Positions 43,471-52,652 of a DNA stretch of 64,000 nucleotides are shown one piece after another (within the stretch, counting starts at the first letter, position 1; each line of letters starts with the position of its first letter). The notes beneath the pieces were generated by a model. That model saw nothing but the letters and a program-made list of their open reading frames with translations, did not search any database and was not told where the DNA came from. The DNA is from an uncultured delta proteobacterium (GTDB lineage: Bacteria > Myxococcota_A > Polyangia > Polyangiales > Polyangiaceae): NCBI GenBank assembly GCA_963696385.1, contig CAVOKF010000005.1, positions 224,001-288,000 on the forward strand, given 5' to 3'. A program made the translations under genes and the position numbers.

Positions 43471-44687
43471 TTGCGACACTATTCGGCGCCTTGCGCTCGG
43501 CCCTCGGAGCGATCTCGCGCAACAAGCTGCGTGCGGTGCTTACCGTTCTCGGCGTCTTCATCGGGATTACCGCGGTCGTGGTCGTAATGGCGGCCGGAAC
43601 GAGCACTACGGCGACGATCGGGGGCGAAATCGACAGCTTGGCGGCGAACGCTCTCTTTGTCTTCCCGCAGCCCGTTCAGGCCTCCGGCGCCAGGAGCAAA
43701 GTCGTGGGCCGACTGACCGAGAGCGATGGGCGCGCGATTTCACGTGAGGCAGTGAGCGTGTCGGGCGCCGCCCCGTGGCTCTCCACCAGCGGCCAGGTCG
43801 TGTACGGTGACAAGAACTGGTCGACGACTCTGGCCGGAACGACCCTCGCGTATTTCCCAATCCGGCGGTTTACCGTCGCTTCGGGATCGATGTGGACGGA
43901 GAGCGACGAGGTGCTCAAAACCAAGGTGTGCCTTATCGGCCAGACGGTTGCCACGAGCGTGTTTGGCGCGGAGGACCCCGTCGGCCGAACGCTGCGGATT
44001 GGACGCTCGCCGTATACCGTCATCGGAGTCCTGGCCGCGCGTGGCACATCGCTCGTCGGCGACGATCAGGACGATCGCGTGCTCATGCCGATCGGAAGCT
44101 TTCGCGCGCGTGTGATGCACACGTCTCCCGGGCGCGCGGACCAACTCATCGTGAGCGCCACGAACGATCAGACGGTGAATCGCGCGAAGGCGCAGATCGA
44201 GACCATTCTTCGAGAGCGCCATCGGGTCGCGCCCGGACGCGAAGACTTTACCGTCAGCACGCAGGCGGAGTTTCGCGAGGCGACCGAAGGGGTCCTCCAG
44301 GCCCTCGCCCTTCTGCTTCTTTGCGTCGCCGCCGTCAGTCTTGTCGTAGGTGGAATAGGGGTCATGAACATCATGCTCGTCAGCGTCGCAGAAAGGACCC
44401 GTGAGATCGGCATCCGGATGTCGATCGGCGCACGCGGGCGCGATATTTTGGTGCAGTTTCTCGTTGAAGCGATCGTTCTGACCATGATCGGTGGCGTTCT
44501 CGGTATCGGGTTCGGTAGCGGTATCACCATCGCGCTCGGGCGGCTGATCGGATGGGCAATGGCACCAAGCGCGCCTGTGCTCGCCGTTGCCGTCGGGACG
44601 AGCGTTGCCATCGGGACCCTTTTCGGTTTCTTGCCCGCGTGGCGCGCAGCGAAACTCGATCCCATCCTAGCTTTACGGGCGGAGTGA
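43467..44687 (+). CDS. MacB/FtsX-like ABC permease
   Basis: RNKLRAVLTVLG, VGGIGVMNIMLVSVAERTREIGIR, AAKLDPILALRAE. Confidence 0.93.
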   Translation: MIATLFGALRSALGAISRNKLRAVLTVLGVFIGITAVVVVMAAGTSTTATIGGEIDSLAANALFVFPQPVQASGARSKVVGRLTESDGRAISREAVSVSGAAPWLSTSGQVVYGDKNWSTTLAGTTLAYFPIRRFTVASGSMWTESDEVLKTKVCLIGQTVATSVFGAEDPVGRTLRIGRSPYTVIGVLAARGTSLVGDDQDDRVLMPIGSFRARVMHTSPGRADQLIVSATNDQTVNRAKAQIETILRERHRVAPGREDFTVSTQAEFREATEGVLQALALLLLCVAAVSLVVGGIGVMNIMLVSVAERTREIGIRMSIGARGRDILVQFLVEAIVLTMIGGVLGIGFGSGITIALGRLIGWAMAPSAPVLAVAVGTSVAIGTLFGFLPAWRAAKLDPILALRAE

Positions 44688-44690
44688 GCG

Positions 44691-45917
44691 ATGGCTGTCC
44701 TCGGCGACGGCGTGGTTTCGGCGGCGCGCGCGATCGTTCGCAATCCACTGCGAGCCTCGCTCACCGTGCTCGGCATCGCGATCGCCGTCGCCGCCGTCGT
44801 CACGGTCGATGCCATCGGCGCCGGCGGCAAAGAGCGTGTTTCCGCGCAGATCGAGGCGATTGGGTCGAATTTCATCGTCGTCTTTCCGCAGGCCTCGCAG
44901 GTTTCTGGCGCGCGTTCCGCTCAAGGTTCGGGCATGCGTCTCACCGAAGACGATGGGCGCGCCATCATCCGCGAGTCGACGAGCGTCGCCGCCGTCGCAC
45001 CCGCGCTACGCACGGTCGTCCAAGTCGTGTACGGCGACCAGAACTGGTCGACCCAGGCGTTCGGAACGCGCCTCCCATACTTCGAAGTCCGCAATTGGGC
45101 CATCGAACATGGCGCGGCGTGGGACCCTCACGACGAGGCGACCAAGTCCAAAGTGATCGTGATTGGACAGACCGTTGCGCGCACTCTCTTCGGAAGCGAG
45201 GACCCGGTCGGTCGTACCGTGCGGATAGGGCGTTATCCCTACCGCGTACTCGGAGTGCTCGCCGCCAAGGGCGAAACACCCTTCGGCGCCGATCAGGACG
45301 ACATCGTTTTGATGCCCTCGACCAGTTTTCGCGCGCGCGTGATGCGAACGCCGCCGGGCTTCGCGGGCGCATTGATGGCTTCGGCAAGTTCGGCCGAAAC
45401 GACCGACGGGGCCGTGCGTCAGATCGAAGCGATTCTCCGGCAGCGCCACCGCATCGAAGGGGACCGAGAAGCCGACTTCAGGATCCGAACGCAGAAGGAG
45501 TTTGCGGACATGAAGGACCGCATCTCGACCGTTCTCTCGCTCCTTCTTCTGTTCGTTGCGGCCGTCAGTCTGTTCGTCGGCGGCATTGGAGTGATGAACA
45601 TCATGCTCGTGAGCGTGACCGAGCGGACTCGCGAGATCGGGATCCGCATGGCGATCGGCGCACGCGAAGCGGACATCCGAACCCAGTTTCTGGTGGAGGC
45701 CGTGATGCTGGCGTTCTTGGGCGGCGTGTCGGGCGTCTTGGCGGGCGCAACGTTCGTTTCCATGCTTCGGGCAGTCCTGGGGTGGCCGATGTCCCTGCGG
45801 CCCGTCGCGATTGCCGTAAGCGTAGTGGTGAGCGCGACGACCGGCATAGCGTTCGGATTTTTCCCTGCTCGGCGTGCCGCCCGGCTCGACCCGATGGAGG
45901 CGCTGCGGCACGAGTGA
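44691..45917 (+). CDS. MacB/FtsX-like ABC permease (second paralog)
   Basis: RNPLRASLTVLG, VGGIGVMNIMLVSVTERTREIGIR, AARLDPMEALRHE. Confidence 0.93.
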   Translation: MAVLGDGVVSAARAIVRNPLRASLTVLGIAIAVAAVVTVDAIGAGGKERVSAQIEAIGSNFIVVFPQASQVSGARSAQGSGMRLTEDDGRAIIRESTSVAAVAPALRTVVQVVYGDQNWSTQAFGTRLPYFEVRNWAIEHGAAWDPHDEATKSKVIVIGQTVARTLFGSEDPVGRTVRIGRYPYRVLGVLAAKGETPFGADQDDIVLMPSTSFRARVMRTPPGFAGALMASASSAETTDGAVRQIEAILRQRHRIEGDREADFRIRTQKEFADMKDRISTVLSLLLLFVAAVSLFVGGIGVMNIMLVSVTERTREIGIRMAIGAREADIRTQFLVEAVMLAFLGGVSGVLAGATFVSMLRAVLGWPMSLRPVAIAVSVVVSATTGIAFGFFPARRAARLDPMEALRHE

Positions 45918-45930
45918 GTGCCGCTAGTGG

Positions 45931-46647
45931 CTAGTCGCTCCAGATTTGAAGAGCGTAGGCTCCGCTGCCGGATCCCACCGACACGACGACGCTGGCCGCG
46001 TCAGACTCCTTGAAACACACCGCGCCATCGTCGAGAACGATCGCGGTCGGGCTGTCGCTCGAATCCTCCCCGGCGATTGCTCCCGCCGAGTCCTTGATGG
46101 CGACGTTTAGGTTCTTGATGCCGTCGCCTGCTTGCGCGTAAACGCGGTAGCAATGGTTTGCCTGCGCCTTGAGCGCATGCGTCTGTGGTGATCCGGAGTC
46201 ACTCTGCTTGCCGGTGATCGTCTTCCCCACAAGCTTGAGTTTGGTCGCCTTCTGGCAGGACTTCGCGAGAGCCGCGACGTCTTTGGATACGTCCTTGTCC
46301 TTGCCTTTGGGTTTGAAGTTCTGATGGCATGCGGCCCAGCTGGGGTCGTTCTTCGCGCTTGCTTTCGTCGATGCGGCGTTTGCGGCCGGCGCGCTCGCGC
46401 TTGCGCTCGACGAGCTGGCGCTCTCGCTGGTGGCGTTCGCGCCTGTATCGGCCGTTTCAGAAGCGGCCTCCGAGGTGCTCGAACTCGACTCGCTCTCACT
46501 TGAAGACGACGTTTCCGACGGCGTGGAGGGTGTTTCCGGAGGCTTTCCACCGCCCCCGCAAGCGCCGACAGCGGCCGCAAACGGCACGAAGGCGGCTCAG
46601 GCTAGAACGAGGAGCGACAGAGAGCGAAGGCGAGTCGAATGGGCCAT
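45931..46647 (-). CDS. Lipoprotein with Ser/Ala linker and Cys-containing C-terminal domain; in-frame TGA in the signal peptide
   Basis: MAHSTRLRSLSLLVLA*AAFVPFAAAVGAC; lipobox VGAC; TAGCGT -10 seven nt before ATG 46647. Confidence 0.7.
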
Positions 46648-46724
46648 GAAAGTTACGCTAAAGCGCAAATCAGGGGGGGATGGCAAGTGCAAATTCCGCG
46701 CGGTACGGTAAAGATGGCCTTGCG

Positions 46725-47741
46725 ATGCGTGTCCTACAGGTCGACCCGCACCGGCCCGATCCCCTCCGCGATTGAGGAGGCTGCGCAGGTTCTCGAACGC
46801 GGGGGTCTGGTCGCCTTTCCGACCGAGACCGTCTACGGACTGGGCGCCCGGGCGTTCGATGAGCGAGCCGTGTTGCGCGTATTCAACGTCAAGGGCCGTC
46901 CCCAGCACCATCCGCTCATCTTGCACGTGACGACCGAGAATCAGGCCAGAGCACTGGCCATCGGGTGGCCTGATGCAGCGTCACGTCTCGCTCGCGCGTT
47001 CTGGCCGGGACCACTCACGGTGGTCGTTCAGCGCGGCGATCGCGTCCCGGCAGCCGTTGCAGGGGGGGGAGTTCGGTCGCCATCCGCGCACCGCGGCATG
47101 CGGTCGCGCACGCCCTGATCGCCGCGCTCGGCGAACCGGTCGCCGCGCCAAGCGCGAACCGATTTCGTGAATTGTCGCCCACGATCGCCGCTCACGTCTT
47201 GAAGCAACTTCACGAAGGAGTGGACCTCCTGCTCGACGGAGGCCCGTGCGACGCCGGGATCGAGTCGACCGTCGTCGACGTTCGCGGGGCACGACCCCGA
47301 GTCCTGCGCCCCGGTGCAGTTTCGTTTTCGATGCTGCGCGAGGTCGTCGGAGAGTTGGAAGCTCCAGCCGCTTTGCTGGCGAGCGGACAACCGCCGCCTT
47401 CGCCTGGGTTGGATGCGCGCCACTACGCGCCTCGTTCGCGACTGTTGCTGGCCGAGAGCGAAGGGGCTGCTCGGCGGGCCGCGGTCGCCCTTTCGGCGCA
47501 CGGCGCGACAGTCGGTCTCGTCGTTCTCGAAGCCGATGCGCACGCCCAGGACGGTCGGGCGAGGATTCTCGAACGGGCACTTTCTTGGGACCCCGAACGG
47601 TATGCACGACAGTTGTTCGCGACGCTGCACGACCTCGACGACCGGGGGGTCGAGGCCATCGTCGTACAGCGAGTCCCAAGTGACGAGGCGTGGTCCGCGA
47701 TCGCCGATCGATTGACCCGCGCCGCGGCTCCGATGCCATAA
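46725..47741 (+). CDS. sua5: L-threonylcarbamoyladenylate synthase Sua5/TsaC, two compensating frameshifts
   Basis: VAFPTETVYGLGA, KGRP..PLILH, FWPGPLT, APSAN, GIESTVVD, SPG..HYAP; indels at C4 46761-46764 and G8 47062-47069. Confidence 0.9.
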
Positions 47742-47897
47742 AATCTGAAGCAGCTGGCCACCCGCGGCGATTCGAGCCGTCGGCGTCCTTCACGCTTGCG
47801 TGCTGCCGGCATCCCTAGCCTCGAGTCACCCCCCGCGACGGCTATTTGAGACACGCGCATCAAGAGGCGCGTCTCTGGCCGATCGATCCGGTTAGCG

Positions 47898-49799
47898 TTA
47901 GCGGGGCGGAGGCTGCGTCGGCGGTACGGGAGGAATTTGGAAGACGTCCCACGCGGGAAGGTGATTCTCGGCAGTGGGAGACTGGTTCCAGAGATACAGA
48001 GAGTGATAGGTCGTCACGTTTCCCATGGTATCGACAGTGACCGGCGTAATATAGAGTTGGGGTAGTTGGTTGTAGTTGGGATTGTCGAGGTTGGGCCTCG
48101 TTGAACTGAAGACAATCCAGTAGTACGTGATGTTGCCGAGAGCCGCGACGGACTGGACGCTCGGCGACCAACGGGGCCAGCTGTTGGTCACCCCCGGACT
48201 GGTCGCGCCTGTGCACGCGGGCGGATCGTTCGCGTTGAGTCGCGTGGCCGTTCCGCCCGCGGCCGGAACGATGTCCATCTCATCGCCTGAGCTGTCGTAC
48301 GTGTAGTCGTTGTTGGCCAATTTGACGAATGCGACGTATTGATCGTCGGGCGAAAAAGCAGGATAATACTCGCAGCTCGCGGGGTCCGAGGCGCCCGGCA
48401 CGGGCGTTGCGGTGCCGCCGGCCTTGTTGTTGTAAGGTACCGAATACAGGTCCATCGGGCCGTTCGCGGGTCGTCCGTTGTAGATGGATCCGCCGGATGC
48501 GGCCACCGATGTGTAGACGATCGTCGAGCCGCTGTGGCTCCACGTCGGTGCTGTGGCGCTTCCCGGGTCCCCGCTGCGGGCAATGACCCCCGATACATTG
48601 GCCCCCGTGCCCTCCAGGTCGACCCACGTCAGATCTCCCGTGTTGCTCAGGATCTCGATGCGATCGCCGTGGGTCCAATGGCCTGTCGAATAGGTCGGCG
48701 TACCGGCCAGCATCGCTAGCTCTGCCCCGGCTTCCGGCGTCAAGAACGACGGAATCCCGCCCGGCGCCGCGTCCTGGCCCAACGTGGCGATGCTGTTGTT
48801 GTAGCCGCCGTTCGGCCCGATCCACTCCCCTTGGAATCCCACGTTCAGCCCGTCCGGGGTCGCGGCGTGGCAGCCAATGCACGCACGGTTTCCGGCCGGC
48901 GCGGGGCTTTCTTCAACCTGCGGACCGGTCAGTACCGTCACGACGCTTTCGTCGCCAACGCTGAATCCGTCGAGAACCCCGGTGCCGCTCATACCCGTCT
49001 GTCCCATGTAGGCCACAATCGCCCAGTATACGATGCTGCCGGGTGCGCCTACGGGGGCAATTCCGATCGGGCCGCTCGAGCCGAGCGCTTCATCGGATAG
49101 GGTGGTCCCCGTGAGTTGTCCGCTGCGGATGCTCACGGTCATGGGGATGTCCTGCGAATCGGCGCGGAGGGCGTCCCACATCGCCTTGGGCATCGTCCAT
49201 TGGGTCTGCGTCGTGTAGACGACCAGGTCGTTCGTTTGGTTATCGGCGTGAACCCGAAGCTCGAAGACGTTCGAGTTCGAGCCGTTGGCCGCGATCCAGG
49301 CGAAGCGCGGGCGCAACCAGTTGTTCGGATAGAGCGATCCCACCTCGGGCTCGATCAAACAGGGGCCACCGCTCGTCGATCCTTGCGTGGCGGGGCCGAA
49401 CAGTTGGGCCGCGTTCGCGGGGGCCGCGGGTGCTCCTCCGTCCGAGCCGTCGATGACCGGGTCAGCCGGCAGGTCGGTGAATGGGCCGGCCAGCGGCCCC
49501 GTAAAGGCGGGTAGGCCTGTCGCCTGGTTGCTCGAAACCGATGGGGGACTCGTGCCGGGGCCGATGCCCAAGGACGCATCGCTGGTGAAGGGCGTTAGAG
49601 CGCTGACGAGGCTGCCGGCGTCGCTCGAAGCGAGATGGTTTGCGTTGGCCTGATCCCCGTCGGGCGTGGAACCGAACCCGTTCGCTCCTTGACTCGTATT
49701 CGCACAGCCGGCGACGGCCACCGTCAGCCATAGCGCCGTGATGCGAACCGCCGAGCCGGTCTCCGCTCCGATCCACCGTCCGTTCGTCGTCATGGTCAT
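47898..49799 (-). CDS. Lipoprotein with TolB/PD40-like repeats
   Basis: Lipobox VAGC, PTWSHSG, YPAFSPDD, WPRWSP; one CIGCH motif. Confidence 0.8.
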   Translation of the reverse strand: MTMTTNGRWIGAETGSAVRITALWLTVAVAGCANTSQGANGFGSTPDGDQANANHLASSDAGSLVSALTPFTSDASLGIGPGTSPPSVSSNQATGLPAFTGPLAGPFTDLPADPVIDGSDGGAPAAPANAAQLFGPATQGSTSGGPCLIEPEVGSLYPNNWLRPRFAWIAANGSNSNVFELRVHADNQTNDLVVYTTQTQWTMPKAMWDALRADSQDIPMTVSIRSGQLTGTTLSDEALGSSGPIGIAPVGAPGSIVYWAIVAYMGQTGMSGTGVLDGFSVGDESVVTVLTGPQVEESPAPAGNRACIGCHAATPDGLNVGFQGEWIGPNGGYNNSIATLGQDAAPGGIPSFLTPEAGAELAMLAGTPTYSTGHWTHGDRIEILSNTGDLTWVDLEGTGANVSGVIARSGDPGSATAPTWSHSGSTIVYTSVAASGGSIYNGRPANGPMDLYSVPYNNKAGGTATPVPGASDPASCEYYPAFSPDDQYVAFVKLANNDYTYDSSGDEMDIVPAAGGTATRLNANDPPACTGATSPGVTNSWPRWSPSVQSVAALGNITYYWIVFSSTRPNLDNPNYNQLPQLYITPVTVDTMGNVTTYHSLYLWNQSPTAENHLPAWDVFQIPPVPPTQPPPR

Positions 49800-50199
49800 T
49801 TCGAGTATCGCAGGCGGATGGGGCCAGCGCACTGGATCCCAGCGTAGCTTTCGACCGATCGGGATTCAAAGCGAACCTTCGTTCGGCAGGGCGGCTTACC
49901 CGGCGTGATCGGATCTAAATGTATACGCAATTTTCCCATCAGACTGTTGAAGTCCTCCACACACGAGTGACTACGGGTGCACATAGGCCTTGCTCGGCAT
50001 ACTGGTCGCGGCGCCAGCGAGTCGTCGGAACGCGTTGTCGAAGCTGCGATCGCGGAAATCGCAACGAGACGTATTCGGCATCGGTTGCCGTCGCTTGCCT
50101 TATGCCGCTGCCGTTTGGGGGGATACCGCCGAGTCGTTCGTCCTGCGCTCGACCTCGCGTGAATTTCGCGCCGCCGACCGCGGTCGCGGCGCCCCGTCG

Positions 50200-50533
50200 C
50201 CCTACTCGGCCGGGCGTCCTCCGCTTCGGCAAACGAGGTCGGTGCCTCGGCGTCCGCGTCGCCCGGTGCATCCGCGCTGTCCGTGGCGGTCTCGGCCGGC
50301 GCATCCTCCGAGGCACCATCGGACGTGGGTCCCGCGGACTCCGGCGTCGCATCCTTCGACGCGCTGGCGGAATCCGCCCCTGCATCGACCGGAAGTGGAC
50401 TCACGTCGTCATCGCCCGCGCACGCGACCAGGAGAAGGAGCGCTCCGAGGGCAAAGGTCGTCAGCGGGGCGCGTGATATGGACACTCGTATTCTCCAATC
50501 CATTCCCGCTTTCCAAGCACGACCGGCGTTCAT
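50200..50533 (-). CDS. Small acidic low-complexity lipoprotein (both ends uncertain)
   Basis: LLLLVAC lipobox followed by a D/A/S/P-rich tract; the ORF runs on to 49796 but loses coding character near 50200, where a GC hairpin follows. Confidence 0.45.
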
Positions 50534-50638
50534 CGTGTAACCGATGTTCACTAAGTTGAGGCCGTGATTTTCTTTTGAAAAGGGCGCGCGCGATGACGAG
50601 TGCGGCTGAGGGTGGTCCAATATAACAGACGCAATCGC

Positions 50639-50668
50639 TTGACAAGCAGAGGCTTCGCCCGGCAGTCT
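50639..50668 (+). promoter_or_regulatory. Sigma-70 promoter for the porin
   Basis: TTGACA-18 nt-CAGTCT, 14 nt before ATG. Confidence 0.5.
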
Positions 50669-50682
50669 CCGCGCCACTCCGA

Positions 50683-52503
50683 ATGGCAGGAATCCGTTTA
50701 CTATCAGCATCTTCGTCGGCCGGAGCAATCACGATCGCAACGCTCCTCACGACGACGTTGTCGGCAATCGCCCAAAGTGCACCGCCGCCACCTCCAATGG
50801 CGTGGCCGGTCTCGCAGCCAGCGGCGAGCTCGCAAAGCGCACTTCCCCCGCTTGCGCCGCCTCCCGCACCGTTGGCGGCTCTGCCGACTGCGGCGGTTGA
50901 ACCGGCGTCCGCCTCTGCGGACACGCTGGCGCGACTTCCTTCTCCGCCGCCGGAGGCCCCCCCGGCTCCTGGCCCCGCAGTGCTCGCGCAAGAGTCGGCA
51001 GGGTCGCGACGACAGGCTGGATCGCCACCCCCGCCGCCTGCCGGCTACCACAACGGAACGTTCTACATCCGAAGTCTCGACGATACGTTCCGCCTGTATC
51101 TGCTTGCGCGCGTGCACGCCGACTGGCTCGGTCAGTTTGGCCCCGGTACTTCGAGCTTGCCGCCTGGAAGCGGGCTGGAGGGTGGTTTCTATCTGCGGCG
51201 CGCGCGCATCGAGATCGGCGGGGAATTTTACCAGATGGCACAATGGCAGGTGGGCGCCGAATTCTCGTCCTCGACGTCGATCGACAACGCGGCGGGTCAG
51301 CAGACCACTCCGACCTGCGTCCCGAACCCTACGAGTGGCGCATTGCCCTGCACGGACAAGGAGAACCCGGTCGAGAACCCGACGGTGAAGCCGATTCCGA
51401 CTGACGTTTTCGTCAATTTTGGACCGTCTCCATGGGCGAACCTGGAGGTCGGTCAATTCTATCTACCGTTCACGCTCGAGAATCGCATCAGCGACAACAC
51501 GACCCCATTTCTCGAGCGGTCGATGGCCGTGCGAAACATCGGCGCTCCGCTTCAGCGCGATATCGGCGCGATGCTCTGGGGCGAGTCCCCCGATCGTCTG
51601 TTCTATTACGCCGCCGCGATCGTCAATGGCGACGGCCCGAATCGACCGAACGCCGACGACCGGTACGACTTTGCCGGCCGCCTGGTCGTGCGTCCAGCGG
51701 CGGCTGTCACGTCGGCGCGGACGCGATTCGCGGAGGTCGGCTTTTCGGCCAAAGCCGGGTCTCGTGACCCGACGATGGTTGCCTACGATCTCCCGTCGTT
51801 GACGACCCAAGGTGGGTTTCCGTTCTGGAAGCCGACTTACAAGGACTCCCTCGGCCGAACGATTCACATCATCCCCGCTTCCAGTCAATGGGGGCTCGCC
51901 GGCGACATATACGTGCCAATCGAGAACTTCGACTTGACTGGAGAATTCATCTACAACGTATACGACACGCGCGAAGCCGTCGATGGCTACCAACTTTCGC
52001 CGTTTACCGAGCGCGCGGGCGAATTGAAGGGGTACGGCTGGTACGTCCAAGCCGACTACTGGATCTTCGGCAATCAGGACATCATCGGTTATCCGAGCTA
52101 CGGTCGACCTATTCACGTTGATTTTTCGACGCCACAGAACCCGCACCGGTCGGGACTTCAGGTTCTCGCGAAGTTCGAGTCACTTGCTTTGACGTATGCC
52201 GGCTCGTCGCGCGCCGGGAAGGACGACCCGAAGACGCCGAACGGCGACATCAACGTGAACGACGTCGAGTTCGGCATCAGCTACTGGGTTACAAAGCACT
52301 TGCGCGTCGGAATCAACTATACGCACTACATGTTTCCAAGCGCCGCGCCCGTGTCGCCAACGTCCCCCGGCGGTCCGCAGCAGTCGTCGGTCCAGCGCGC
52401 CGTGTCCCCGGCGCAGGATCTCGCATCGGGAACCGACGACTCGGCGAGGGGTGGGAGCGGCACGTTCGAGGAAGTCCAGATGCGGGTCGGGGTTCAGTTC
52501 TGA
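50683..52503 (+). CDS. OprO/OprP-type (phosphate-selective porin family) outer-membrane protein
   Basis: Signal and Pro-rich N-terminus, LRRARIE, VGQFYLPFTLE, FLERS, RDIGAM, C-terminal VQF. Confidence 0.8.
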   Translation: MAGIRLLSASSSAGAITIATLLTTTLSAIAQSAPPPPPMAWPVSQPAASSQSALPPLAPPPAPLAALPTAAVEPASASADTLARLPSPPPEAPPAPGPAVLAQESAGSRRQAGSPPPPPAGYHNGTFYIRSLDDTFRLYLLARVHADWLGQFGPGTSSLPPGSGLEGGFYLRRARIEIGGEFYQMAQWQVGAEFSSSTSIDNAAGQQTTPTCVPNPTSGALPCTDKENPVENPTVKPIPTDVFVNFGPSPWANLEVGQFYLPFTLENRISDNTTPFLERSMAVRNIGAPLQRDIGAMLWGESPDRLFYYAAAIVNGDGPNRPNADDRYDFAGRLVVRPAAAVTSARTRFAEVGFSAKAGSRDPTMVAYDLPSLTTQGGFPFWKPTYKDSLGRTIHIIPASSQWGLAGDIYVPIENFDLTGEFIYNVYDTREAVDGYQLSPFTERAGELKGYGWYVQADYWIFGNQDIIGYPSYGRPIHVDFSTPQNPHRSGLQVLAKFESLALTYAGSSRAGKDDPKTPNGDINVNDVEFGISYWVTKHLRVGINYTHYMFPSAAPVSPTSPGGPQQSSVQRAVSPAQDLASGTDDSARGGSGTFEEVQMRVGVQF

Positions 52504-52652
52504 CGCGACGGCGAGTCCGCGGGGTCGACGCCACCGTGGCGCAGGGGTATGCGCCTCCGGGCGAGATCTGTCCCTGGTTACGAACCGATCGGTTGCAGCG
52601 AGTTGACAGGAAAACCGGCACGGTTTGCGCTAGGCTCTCGCGCCTCTTCGCC

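Noticed and set aside
49800..50200. Riboswitch or ncRNA in the long region upstream of the PD40 lipoprotein
   Set aside because: Only small hairpins; no conserved cores of c-di-GMP, cobalamin, TPP or SAM riboswitches recognised
50525..50560. Pho-box-like GTTCA/TGTAAC repeats upstream of the porin
   Set aside because: Spacing does not fit the 11-bp direct-repeat period
52603..52636. TTGACA...TAGGCT promoter, or a GG-N10-GC sigma-54 site, upstream of the S1 paralog
   Set aside because: The -35/-10 spacing is 22 nt and the sigma-54 match lacks TTGC; cannot be assigned
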